Part shown: positions 1 through 8,973 of the stretch, piece by piece
How the letters are laid out: every line of letters begins with the position of its first letter
How positions within the stretch are numbered: the first letter of the stretch is position 1
Origin: a virus
Lineage: Duplodnaviria > Caudoviricetes
Strand: one strand, 5' to 3'
Length of the DNA: 53,398 bases
Virus record (IMG/VR): IMGVR_UViG_3300021079_000008
Coordinates: 1 to 53,398 of that record
Notes under the pieces: model-generated
What the model was told of the DNA's origin: nothing
What the model saw: the letters and a program-made list of their open reading frames with translations, nothing else
The model's database searches: none
Translations under genes and position numbers: made by a program

Positions 1-68
1 CCATCAGGTCCTCTACTAAGATCAAATCTTTCTTTGTGTGTAATGGGCAATATTAATTTTGTGCTCAT
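1..68 (-). CDS. Partial hypothetical protein running off the left edge (MSTKLILPITHKERFDLSRGPD...)
   Basis: ATG at 68-66 on the minus strand with an open frame to the window edge, co-oriented with neighbouring ORFs. Confidence 0.5.
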   Translation of the reverse strand, partial: MSTKLILPITHKERFDLSRGPD

Positions 69-116
69 AAAATAATTCATCTAGTTATATGTCTAGCAAC
101 ATTTAAGGGGAAATTT

Positions 117-467
117 TTATTTATTATATTGTCTATCTTCTGCATATTCTACATCAACACACCATTGTTCTAATGCTGGTATTGCAGGATAAGAATAAAC
201 ATCCCACCACTCACTACCATCATATTCTCCTCTTTCCATCCATACACCATCTTCACACCAAATAATACCAAATAGATTTTGACCACCATATCCAGCATCA
301 TAATTGAAATCTAAGCTGTTAATAAACTTTTGATATTCATCTTCTGTATATTTAGGTTTTAAATTAAAGGTGGATTTATTATCATCCCAAGAATCTCCAC
401 AAGCAATTGTAGCACAAATTACCTTAAATCCAATAATCCTTTTTAAGAATTCTTCTTTTGCGTTCAT
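117..467 (-). CDS. Hypothetical phage protein (probable early region)
   Basis: ORF track 117..506; the likelier start is MNAKEEF at 467; aromatic/acidic segment YDAGYGGQNLFGIIW...ERGEYDGSEWW looks like a real folded protein. Confidence 0.75.
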   Translation of the reverse strand: MNAKEEFLKRIIGFKVICATIACGDSWDDNKSTFNLKPKYTEDEYQKFINSLDFNYDAGYGGQNLFGIIWCEDGVWMERGEYDGSEWWDVYSYPAIPALEQWCVDVEYAEDRQYNK

Positions 468-568
468 AACGATTAGTTTTAATTGTGAGCTTCTATTATC
501 AATCATGAATTGAATGTCAGCCTCTATAGCTGAAACAGAAGAGAGCTTGTTAAAGCCCTTTACATAAA

Positions 569-790
569 TTATCCTTCATTGTAATAATAAGGAGTGATAG
601 CCAAAACATTTCTATAAACTTTATAATCTCCATCAACATACAACTTAATCTCTTCTTTACCACTAGGAATAACATATTTATTATCTGCATCCACTACAAT
701 ACTATCTTTACTATACATAGATGCTTCTGGATAGATGGATGAATCTATTTGATTAGCATTGAAAATGATTCTAAATGTTGTGCTGCTCAT
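569..790 (-). CDS. Hypothetical protein, 73 aa
   Basis: ORF with ATG and AT-rich leader, co-oriented with neighbours. Confidence 0.6.
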   Translation of the reverse strand: MSSTTFRIIFNANQIDSSIYPEASMYSKDSIVVDADNKYVIPSGKEEIKLYVDGDYKVYRNVLAITPYYYNEG

Positions 791-1191
791 AATATATCTT
801 TGTCTGTTATAAAGGAGACAATACCTCTTTAATGCTATATGTATGTGTGTTATACAGCATATTTTGAATGTTGTTAATTATTGCTCGTATGTCCAAAGGG
901 TGTTCACACCACCTCATTCAATCACTCAGATCTATTTGATAATCAATGAGTTATGAAGGATTTCTCTCATTAATATATAAATAATTCATATATGTTTATA
1001 CACCCTTACACATTACATATATATTATATACTACTAACGTATAAACTTTTAAATTCCCGGGTTTAAATTATTTCTCATTTTGCATAACTGACACATTATC
1101 AATCTATTAACACCAATATCTGCGTCTATGCCACATACAACAATTCCCATTTCCCACCCTAATGTAACAATATTACCCACCCATATATATA

Positions 1192-1234
1192 TAATAAAAG
1201 AGCACACACCGTAATGAAACGATGTGTACTCTTT
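1192..1234 (-). terminator. Intrinsic terminator downstream of the 1241..1651 gene
   Basis: Minus strand AAAGAGTACACATCGT-ttcatt-ACGGTGTGTGCTCTTT is a 16-bp stem whose two non-Watson-Crick positions are G-U only on this strand; it ends in a T/AT run 6 nt after the stop. Confidence 0.8.
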
Positions 1235-1240
1235 GATTGA

Positions 1241-1651
1241 TTATGGTGCTAACAGTTCGTTTAACAGGCTGTCTGTAACAGGTGCTGTAGCAAGATGTTC
1301 GTAACGCTTAATCTTTGCTTTGTGTTCTGCTCTACGTTCTGTTTGTTGGAAGCTAACGAAGCTATCAAACGCTAATGTGTCAACTGTTGCAGTGGTCTCT
1401 TCGCCATTACTGTCAACTGTGATAACCTCACGTGAACCTTGTGTAAGTTTAACGCTATCAACATTACCGTTGTTGAATGCAGCCACAAATGGACTATCAT
1501 TATCAACCGCAAACACTTTGCCGTCATACTTAAAACGTGAGAAGGTTTTACCGTCTTTACCTTTCTGTGTAGTAGCCTTGTATTTATTATTAGTATCAAT
1601 AATACTAATTTCGTCTACAAGGGTGTCTGTTAATTTAATTGGCTGTGCCAT
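1241..1651 (-). CDS. Hypothetical protein, 136 aa, first gene of the leftward arm
   Basis: Clean ORF with A-rich leader and its own terminator; overlapping ORFs 1320+ and 1372- look like shadows. Confidence 0.8.
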   Translation of the reverse strand: MAQPIKLTDTLVDEISIIDTNNKYKATTQKGKDGKTFSRFKYDGKVFAVDNDSPFVAAFNNGNVDSVKLTQGSREVITVDSNGEETTATVDTLAFDSFVSFQQTERRAEHKAKIKRYEHLATAPVTDSLLNELLAP

Positions 1652-1882
1652 ATGATTTGATTACAGTATTTAACGTGCCTGAAAACACGAATGATGATTA
1701 ATAACAGGTGGGAATAGCCCCAACTGTCTAAACTCTACGAGGGGTCTTGGGATGGAGTAACCTCCTCTCCCATAGATAGAATGATGGGGGGTATTTAAAA
1801 AAAAATTTTAAATGTAAGGGGTTGATAATGAAAGACATACATTATGTTAGCCCGTTTTATTCTACATCTATAGGAAAATAAA

Positions 1883-1915
1883 TTTGGATGGTATTATAAA
1901 AGGGGTATATCTTTG
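1883..1915 (+). promoter_or_regulatory. Bacteroidota primary-sigma promoter (-33 TTTG / -7 TAnnTTTG)
   Basis: TTTG 1883-1886, 21-nt spacer, TATCTTTG 1908-1915. Confidence 0.65.
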
Positions 1916-2031
1916 GGGTAGGATGGGTGGGGAAGGATATATAAGCTTTTAAATGTTCCTCTATATAAATGTTATGTGGGTATTGAAAAGGAAATTTAAT
2001 GCATAATATAGCAATAATTTAAATATTTGTA

Positions 2032-2062
2032 TTTGTTAATGTAAAAAGATGTCTTATCTTTG
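2032..2062 (+). promoter_or_regulatory. Bacteroidota primary-sigma promoter for the packaging operon
   Basis: TTTG 2032-2035, 19-nt spacer, TATCTTTG 2055-2062, 12 nt before ATG 2075. Confidence 0.72.
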
Positions 2063-2074
2063 TTAAAATTAAAT

Positions 2075-2434
2075 ATGGAAATGTCTTCTAAAACAGTTAT
2101 TGTACAGACCCTTAAACAGCAATTGGGTGATGAATACGCTATAGGTGAGAAGTATTATTCTGTTCTCTCGTCTATTAATAATTTGAAATTGACACAGAGG
2201 GAGATTCAGCTTGTAGCTTTTACAGCGATTAAAGGGAATATTTCTTATGCTAATATAAGGGAAGAGTTTTGTAAGAAGTATAACACCTCCTCTCCAACAA
2301 TTAACAATATCATTTCTAAGTTGAAGAAGATCAATGTGTTAGTGAAGGATGGTACAAAGGTGAAGGTGAACAGTCTTATTATTCTGGATTTCAACAAGGA
2401 TGTCACATTAGAAATTAAGTTGATACATGGATAA
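2075..2434 (+). CDS. Winged helix-turn-helix (MarR-like) DNA-binding protein
   Basis: LTQREIQLV...ISYANIREEF..YNTSSPTINNIISKLKKINVLVK pattern. The track's TTG start at 2060 lies inside the -7 box, so ATG 2075 (or 2081) is preferred. Confidence 0.65.
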   Translation: MEMSSKTVIVQTLKQQLGDEYAIGEKYYSVLSSINNLKLTQREIQLVAFTAIKGNISYANIREEFCKKYNTSSPTINNIISKLKKINVLVKDGTKVKVNSLIILDFNKDVTLEIKLIHG

Positions 2435-2840
2435 GCCAATAAGCCTTTCAGTTAAGGATTATATTATTAGAAAGATGGCTGTCAAAATGATGGTGGGAGA
2501 GAAGATGTTAGATGCTGTTATAATGCATCAGTTCAGTTCTGCTAATGAAGCGTTAAGAACAAATATGAGTGTTGAGGTGGCAGGGTTTGGGAAATTCCTT
2601 TTTAATATAAAGAAGGCACATAAGAAGATGGATAAGATGCTATCACAGAAGAGGGTTTTTGAAAACATTCTTCTAAGACCCGACCTTACAGAACAGAAGC
2701 AACATTCGACACAGGTGAAACTAAATAACATCCTTTTATGTATAGAAACATTAAAACCAAAATTAGATGAATTTCAAACAGATATACGAGGGATGGAGGA
2801 ACAACTTGATTCCCCCAGCTCATCTGAAGGAGCTGATTGA
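2427..2840 (+). CDS. IHF/HU-like DNA-bending protein
   Basis: Two N-terminal helices then SVEVAGFGKFLF, matching the HU/IHF V-x-(I/V)-x-GFG-x-F motif; crAss-like phages are known to encode IHF homologues. Confidence 0.7.
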   Translation: MDKPISLSVKDYIIRKMAVKMMVGEKMLDAVIMHQFSSANEALRTNMSVEVAGFGKFLFNIKKAHKKMDKMLSQKRVFENILLRPDLTEQKQHSTQVKLNNILLCIETLKPKLDEFQTDIRGMEEQLDSPSSSEGAD

Positions 2841-3066
2841 AAAGACAGCTCAAGAACGTATTAACATATGTTTAACTTGTCCGAGGTATTCAGCTAATGC
2901 AAAGAAGAAAGGATATGAAACAATTAGACCAGACATTCATTGTGTAGAATGTGGATGTACCTTGGCAGCTAAAACAAAATGTCTATCGTGTGAATGTCCC
3001 TTAAAGAAATGGGAAGCTCAATTGACACAAGAACAAGAACAACAATTAACAAATGGAGAACGATAA
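2767..3066 (+). CDS. Cys-rich Zn-finger-like protein
   Basis: R-x3-CLTC...CVECGC...KTKC...CECP-x2-KW. Confidence 0.7.
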   Translation: MNFKQIYEGWRNNLIPPAHLKELIEKTAQERINICLTCPRYSANAKKKGYETIRPDIHCVECGCTLAAKTKCLSCECPLKKWEAQLTQEQEQQLTNGER

Positions 3067-3289
3067 TAATTATGATGTACGACTTATGAAGATTCCTTTA
3101 CACAATCTTCTAGATATGCTCCATGCCATATATAATAAAGGTGTGGATTATATTGACATATTAGGAGTGAATAATGTGGAACAAGATACATTAACTATTA
3201 CATATTCAAAAGACTATCTGGCAAAAGAGGAAGATAAACAAGATCCTCCTGCAGATCTATCAGACGAAAACTTAAACCAATTTATATGA
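3053..3289 (+). CDS. Hypothetical protein
   Basis: ORF overlapping both neighbours in a tightly packed operon. Confidence 0.7.
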   Translation: MENDNNYDVRLMKIPLHNLLDMLHAIYNKGVDYIDILGVNNVEQDTLTITYSKDYLAKEEDKQDPPADLSDENLNQFI

Positions 3290-3465
3290 ACCCATCAGTA
3301 GAAGCCTGGATTGTAATTGAGAAACTGGCTGCATTATGTGCTACACCAAATGTAAATGAAGATGTATTACTAGCTGCCAATGAACAGATTGCAGAATTAT
3401 TAAAGAATGTAATAACACCTAATCTAGCAAAGCTTAAGGCACAAGGCTCTGGCTTAATAATTTAA
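3286..3465 (+). CDS. Hypothetical 59-aa protein absent from the ORF track (MNPSVEAWIVIEKLAALCATPNVNEDVLLAANEQIAELLKNVITPNLAKLKAQGSGLII)
   Basis: ATGA overlap with the upstream stop; fills the gap up to the ORF at 3471; amphipathic helical pattern. Confidence 0.75.
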   Translation: MNPSVEAWIVIEKLAALCATPNVNEDVLLAANEQIAELLKNVITPNLAKLKAQGSGLII

Positions 3466-3470
3466 TACAC

Positions 3471-3755
3471 ATGAGCAGACAACCAAACAACTACAATAAG
3501 ATTCTTCACCTCCTACAAGAACTACATATATGCTATCCTACATATAATATGGGTAGACATCTATCTACAATATTGGATGAATATGGAAACATATGGGGGA
3601 TTACAGATAAGGAATTAGCCTTTGCCTTAGAGAAATATAAAGCAAAGCTTGACATGGATATTCCTCATACAGATGATTCTGAATTGGAAAACATCATTAG
3701 GGAAGGGATGGATTTAGATAATATTTTAAAAGAAGAAGAAGATGGGGACTATTAA
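3471..3755 (+). CDS. Hypothetical protein
   Basis: ORF within the operon. Confidence 0.75.
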   Translation: MSRQPNNYNKILHLLQELHICYPTYNMGRHLSTILDEYGNIWGITDKELAFALEKYKAKLDMDIPHTDDSELENIIREGMDLDNILKEEEDGDY

Positions 3756-4044
3756 AAAAGTAGAAATTATTGGAGGTATAGTTTTTGAAACTGATCCTAA
3801 TGACATACCACCTTGTAATCCAGATAATAGTTGTGATATTATACAGGAGTTTATTGGAGAAAAGGAATACTCTTATGATGAATATCTCAGAGTGAAGAGA
3901 GATTGTATAAGAGAGATAGGAAATATTGAAGATACTATAGAAGCTCATGCATCTAAAATTAGAGAGAGTATAAGTTATATTACAGAACTTAAGTATAAGA
4001 TGGATGAAGCTTTTAAAAAATACAAGTCATCATGGCAGCAATAA
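3742..4044 (+). CDS. Hypothetical protein with coiled-coil C-terminus
   Basis: ORF overlapping both neighbours by 13-14 nt. Confidence 0.65.
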   Translation: MGTIKKVEIIGGIVFETDPNDIPPCNPDNSCDIIQEFIGEKEYSYDEYLRVKRDCIREIGNIEDTIEAHASKIRESISYITELKYKMDEAFKKYKSSWQQ

Positions 4045-4364
4045 AGAAAGCTACATATATTAATACAGAACTCGATTGGGCTGAAGAACAATTAACATCC
4101 TGGAGAGCATATGTGACAGCTAATCAGCTTCATGAGCTTAAGGATAGGATTGAATGGAAGCCTACATCAAAAGGAGGAATGCTTCCTATGGTGATAGCTA
4201 GTATTGAGGCACAAGGCAAGTTTGTACAGGAAACAATGAAGAACTATCTTGCCCTATTAGAGGTGGTGGATAAACTTAGAAGGATAGAGGAATCGAAGAT
4301 TGAGGTGAGAGGTAATGGAGGACTGTCAGGAATGGCAGAAGACTTCATCAAGAACAGAAAATAA
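4032..4364 (+). CDS. Conserved protein upstream of TerL, candidate small terminase subunit
   Basis: 110 aa, helical, TAATG-coupled to TerL; function inferred from position only. Confidence 0.5.
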   Translation: MAAIKKATYINTELDWAEEQLTSWRAYVTANQLHELKDRIEWKPTSKGGMLPMVIASIEAQGKFVQETMKNYLALLEVVDKLRRIEESKIEVRGNGGLSGMAEDFIKNRK

Positions 4365-6388
4365 TGAACGAACTACAGAGTATAGATTATAAAGACTGGT
4401 TTATGAATCAGGGTAGGATTCCTGATAAGGAGTCCTCTGAATATAAATCATTCTTTGATTTTCATAAGGAGCTATGTTTAAATGGAGCTATGATGAATGG
4501 GGTTTATATTAACCCCTTTCTCTATTGGCATTTAAACATCTGGCATACAGAGGTGGATGTGATTGATGAGAGAGGAAGGATTGCACAGAAATATGCCAAT
4601 CCTTTGCTTCGTGATAATGAGTGGATTGTAACTAATGAAATAGACAGAGCTCAACAGGATAAAAAAGGACTTGTAATATTAGGTATACGAAGGTTTGCTA
4701 AGAGTGTTATTGAAGCTTCTTATATAGGATGGGGAGCTACATTTGATGAGAACTCTCAGAACATTATTGCTGGACTAAATGCTCCAGATATAAAACTGAT
4801 TACAGATAAGCTTGATAAGGGACTTAACTTTGTTCCTGAATATTGGAGGTGGCAAAGGATTGAGGATAATTGGAAGAACCAAGTAACCCTTGGAGTTAAA
4901 ACAAAAGCAGGAGAACGTATTCCATTCTCTCAGATCCTTATTAGGAACTTAGATGAAGGTAATAACGAAGAAGCTATTGCTGGTACAAAACCACGTAAAT
5001 TAATTATAGATGAGATTGGTAAAGGAAGTTTCCTTAGAGGTTTTCAAGCCTCTGTTCCAGGTTTTACAACACCATATGGATGGGGTTGTTCTCCTATCCT
5101 TACAGGTACTGGAGGTGATATGAAGAAATTTATGGATGCTAAGTCCTTGATGTTTGACGTAGATAATTTCAACTTCCTTACATATAATAATGAGAAAGAT
5201 GATAAACGTATTCATGGCTTATTTATTTCGAATAAATATCGCATGGAGGCTAAAGAGGAAAGTACATTAGGAGCTTTCTTAAATGAACCTCTAACAAGTG
5301 ATCTGCATAATGTAAAGATGTTAGTGTCTAATGAGGAGAAAGCAATGAAGATTACAAATGACAATTTAGAAAGATTAAAGAAAGCAGGAGATAGAATTGC
5401 CTATTTAAAGGAGAAGATGTATTATCCTCAGGAAGTGGATGATATATTCCTTAATGAGGATACAAATATATTTGATATTGAGTCTGCTAAACGTCAGAAG
5501 ACCAGACTATTAAACCAAGAAAGAACTGGTATTCCTGTAATATTATTTAATGATGAAGGAAAGATTGGACATGAGTTTACAGATAAACAACCCATTACAA
5601 ACTTCCCTCTAAAGAATAGTGATCTAAAGGATGCCCCTGTTGTTATATATGAATTCCCTATAGAGAATCCTACATATGGATTATATGTAGCTGGAGTGGA
5701 TCCTTATAGACAAGGAAAGGCAGCATATAGTTCTTCTCTAGGAGCTGTATATGTGTATAAAAGAATGCATGATATTACAGGTGAGAAATATCAGGATATG
5801 TTCGTAGCTTCGTATGTAGCTCGTCCTGATAAAAAAGAAACATGGGAAGAACAAGCTCGTCTACTTATTAAATATTATAACGCCAGAACGTTATGTGAGA
5901 ATGATGATATATCATTTATTGAATATATGAAAGCCAAAGGGGATGCTCATTATTTAGAGAAGCAACCTCAATGGCTTATGGAGATTGTACCTAACACCAC
6001 TGTTAAACGTGAATATGGTGTACATAGGAGTTCTCAGAAAATAATCGACTATCTTCACAATTGCTTGAAGAAGTATATGGATGAAATTATATATACAGAG
6101 AAAGACGATGATGGTAAAATAATAAAAGAGGTTACAGGTGTAAGTAAGATGTTTGATCCTTTACTCCTTGAAGAACTAATACAATACAATGACCAAGGTA
6201 ACTTTGACCGTATTGTAGCAGCAGAACTAGCTATTGCTCAAGCACTTAAGATGGATCCTATAATGGGAAGAGTTGGTGGATCAGGTGATGAAAGAGTAAA
6301 GTCAATGTTTGCAAAGAAACAAAAGAATCAATTATTCACTGACTCTAGAGGATTATTTAATACTAAAAAAAGAAAATTGTTTACATAA
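4364..6388 (+). CDS. terL: Terminase large subunit
   Basis: Walker A-like LGIRRFAKS, Walker B LIIDEIG, motif III TGTGG, RNase H/RuvC-type nuclease AGVDPY and GNFDRIVA. Confidence 0.95.
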   Translation: MNELQSIDYKDWFMNQGRIPDKESSEYKSFFDFHKELCLNGAMMNGVYINPFLYWHLNIWHTEVDVIDERGRIAQKYANPLLRDNEWIVTNEIDRAQQDKKGLVILGIRRFAKSVIEASYIGWGATFDENSQNIIAGLNAPDIKLITDKLDKGLNFVPEYWRWQRIEDNWKNQVTLGVKTKAGERIPFSQILIRNLDEGNNEEAIAGTKPRKLIIDEIGKGSFLRGFQASVPGFTTPYGWGCSPILTGTGGDMKKFMDAKSLMFDVDNFNFLTYNNEKDDKRIHGLFISNKYRMEAKEESTLGAFLNEPLTSDLHNVKMLVSNEEKAMKITNDNLERLKKAGDRIAYLKEKMYYPQEVDDIFLNEDTNIFDIESAKRQKTRLLNQERTGIPVILFNDEGKIGHEFTDKQPITNFPLKNSDLKDAPVVIYEFPIENPTYGLYVAGVDPYRQGKAAYSSSLGAVYVYKRMHDITGEKYQDMFVASYVARPDKKETWEEQARLLIKYYNARTLCENDDISFIEYMKAKGDAHYLEKQPQWLMEIVPNTTVKREYGVHRSSQKIIDYLHNCLKKYMDEIIYTEKDDDGKIIKEVTGVSKMFDPLLLEELIQYNDQGNFDRIVAAELAIAQALKMDPIMGRVGGSGDERVKSMFAKKQKNQLFTDSRGLFNTKKRKLFT

Positions 6389-8967
6389 TGGCAATTATAA
6401 GATATACAAAAGATGCTACAATACGCTATGCGTATTTGAATATATTCCCTGACCAGTTTAAAACTGATAAGGAAAAGCAAGACGAAAGTTGGGTTAAGAA
6501 TACAATGGACTATTTTGCAAATAAAGCTTATGCTGAATATGTAAAGAATAGAGATACATTTGTAAAGAACTATGATTTGGTAAAAGGTATTCTTAGAATG
6601 GAAGACTTCTATCAGGAACCTCAAGTTAAAAGTTTTACAGATATGTTAACTGCTGACTTACAGCTTCCTGCATACGTAAAACACTATTCTATTATTACAA
6701 CACCTATTAATGAACTGATTGGTGAAATCAGCAAGCGTCCTGATACCTTTAGGGTTAAGGCATTTGATGATGATAGTAAGTCTGACGAGTTACAATTTAA
6801 GACAGAGATTCTTCAGAAATATGTAATGGAAACAGCTAAGAAAAAAATTCTGGAAAAGGCTGCTATACAAGGAGAAGAATTAAGTGATGAACAAGTACAA
6901 CAGCTTACAATGCAGGATGTACAAGATGAGATTGAAGACTACACCTCTGCTGCTGAAAAATGGGCTAACCATATTCTAACATGTCAAAAGGCTGAGTTTA
7001 ATTTGAAGGAAAAGAGTGAAGATGCCTTTCGTGATGTGTTAATCACTGCTAGAGAATTCTATCATATATATGAGGACAACTCTAAACTTGGATTCAATGT
7101 AGAGGTGGCTAATCCAAAAAACACTTGGTTCCTTACAACTCCAGATAGAAAATATATATCTGATCCTACAGGTAGGGCTCAAGGAGCATATGCTGCAGGA
7201 ACAGTTCAGGTGATGGAACTCTCTGAGATTATTGAAACCTTCCCTGATTTAACAAAGGATGAGATAGACCATTTAAGATCTTCTCTCCAGGATTATGGAT
7301 TGATTAATGTAAGAGAATCCAATCTTGGAAATCCTAATGCAACTCCAGGTATTGATTCAGTACAATATGATACATATGATCCTTTAGTCCTTCAGACTAG
7401 AATGATTATTGAATCTGAGATGAAGGAGAATAACGATGGACTTAAGGATTTCCTTGGTCTTACATCTAATGTATCTTCCTTTGGATATAAATATGTAGTG
7501 GTGAGAGGGTATTGGATATCTAAGAAGAAAATTGGTAAACTCATATATCTAGATGAGATGGGTAATGAACAATCTCTTCTTGTAGATGAAGGATATAAGT
7601 CAGGAACAATTCCTACACAACAGTCTATAGAATGGGGATGGATTAATCAATGGTATCAAGGAACTAAGATTGGACCAGATATCTATCATATTAAACCTTA
7701 CAACCTCCTGAACTATTGTCCTATTATAGGACTCACTCATGAGGTGAAGAATACAGAGGCTAAGAGTCTTGTAGATTTAATGAAGCCTTTTCAGGTATTA
7801 TATAATGTATGTATGAATCAGCTTTACAAACTCCTTGAGAAAGAAGTGGGTAAGGTATATTTAACATCTATTAGACATATACCTATTCCTAAAGATGGAG
7901 ATGCACAAGATGCTCTGGATGTTTGGGAAATGGAAGCTCGTAATAGAGGGGTGATGTTTATAGATGACTCTCCAGAGAATCTAAAAAGTCCTAGTTCATT
8001 TAATCAGTTTAGAGACATTGACCTTACACGTACACAAGAAATACAATCTCGTTATCAACTTGCTATACAATTAAAGAACGAGTGTTGGGAACTAATAGGT
8101 ATGTCTAGGCAAAGATTGGGATCAGTGTCTGCTAGTGAAACAGCTACAGGTACTAATACAGCTATTCAACAATCCTATTCTCAAACAGAACCTTTATTTG
8201 TAGCACATGAATATGTAATGGGACAACTCTATCAAGCAATCATTGATGCAGCCTTATATATTGAAAGCAACAAACCTCAATCAACCATTTCCTACATTAC
8301 ATCTGAAGGAGAAGCAGCCTTTGTTCAAATCAATGGTGATGATTTAAAGTTCAGGGACTTAAAAGTGTTTCTCACCAATAGACCTGAAGATACTCAAATG
8401 TTTAATGAGATTCGTCAACTTGCACAACCTCTTATGCAGAACGGTGGTTCATTGTACGATGTTATTGAATTATATAGTAATAAGTCTATGAGATCAATGA
8501 AGAAGGTGTTTAAGGTGTTGAAAGAGAAACAAGATGATATGCAGGAAAGACAACAGAAGATGCAAGAGCAACAACAGCAAGCTCAAGAACAACAAGCTCA
8601 AGAGCAAATGCAACAAGCTCAAGTACAACACGAACAACAATTGGCTCATGATGATTATCAAAAAGATTTGGATAGGATTAATAAGAAAGAGATTGCTATA
8701 ATTGCAGCAGAATCTAAAGGTCCTCTCCCAGATGTTAATCAGAATACTGTACCTGATGCATTGGAAATCAGCAAGTTATCTCATGAACAAACTAAAGCTG
8801 CCAAGGATTATGAATTAAAACTTGCTGACATACAGTCAAAGAATAAACAAGCATCTGATAAGATGGCAATAGAAAGAGAGAAGCTTCAAGTGGCTAGAGA
8901 AAACCAAGCAAACGATTTAGCTGTTGCGAAAGAGAATGCGAAAGGAAGAGCTAAAAAATCTAAATAA
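6388..8967 (+). CDS. Portal protein
   Basis: 859 aa directly after TerL (TAATG overlap); ELIGMSRQRLG..SASETATGT portal-like segment; Q-rich coiled-coil C-terminus. Confidence 0.9.
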   Translation: MAIIRYTKDATIRYAYLNIFPDQFKTDKEKQDESWVKNTMDYFANKAYAEYVKNRDTFVKNYDLVKGILRMEDFYQEPQVKSFTDMLTADLQLPAYVKHYSIITTPINELIGEISKRPDTFRVKAFDDDSKSDELQFKTEILQKYVMETAKKKILEKAAIQGEELSDEQVQQLTMQDVQDEIEDYTSAAEKWANHILTCQKAEFNLKEKSEDAFRDVLITAREFYHIYEDNSKLGFNVEVANPKNTWFLTTPDRKYISDPTGRAQGAYAAGTVQVMELSEIIETFPDLTKDEIDHLRSSLQDYGLINVRESNLGNPNATPGIDSVQYDTYDPLVLQTRMIIESEMKENNDGLKDFLGLTSNVSSFGYKYVVVRGYWISKKKIGKLIYLDEMGNEQSLLVDEGYKSGTIPTQQSIEWGWINQWYQGTKIGPDIYHIKPYNLLNYCPIIGLTHEVKNTEAKSLVDLMKPFQVLYNVCMNQLYKLLEKEVGKVYLTSIRHIPIPKDGDAQDALDVWEMEARNRGVMFIDDSPENLKSPSSFNQFRDIDLTRTQEIQSRYQLAIQLKNECWELIGMSRQRLGSVSASETATGTNTAIQQSYSQTEPLFVAHEYVMGQLYQAIIDAALYIESNKPQSTISYITSEGEAAFVQINGDDLKFRDLKVFLTNRPEDTQMFNEIRQLAQPLMQNGGSLYDVIELYSNKSMRSMKKVFKVLKEKQDDMQERQQKMQEQQQQAQEQQAQEQMQQAQVQHEQQLAHDDYQKDLDRINKKEIAIIAAESKGPLPDVNQNTVPDALEISKLSHEQTKAAKDYELKLADIQSKNKQASDKMAIEREKLQVARENQANDLAVAKENAKGRAKKSK

Positions 8968-8973
8968 TTCTAT

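Noticed and set aside
795-802. TATCTTTG -7 box on the plus strand
   Set aside because: No correctly spaced -33 element and no downstream plus-strand gene; likely chance
790-1240. CRISPR mini-array or RNA gene in the long AT-rich gap
   Set aside because: No regularly spaced direct repeats or recognisable fold; only TA runs and short motifs
1320-1655. Plus-strand 111-aa ORF and nested minus-strand 1372..1599 ORF
   Set aside because: Shadows of the 1241..1651 gene, which has the better leader and a strand-specific terminator
8540-8640. CAA-rich repeat in the portal gene
   Set aside because: Encodes the Gln-rich coiled coil usual at podophage portal C-termini
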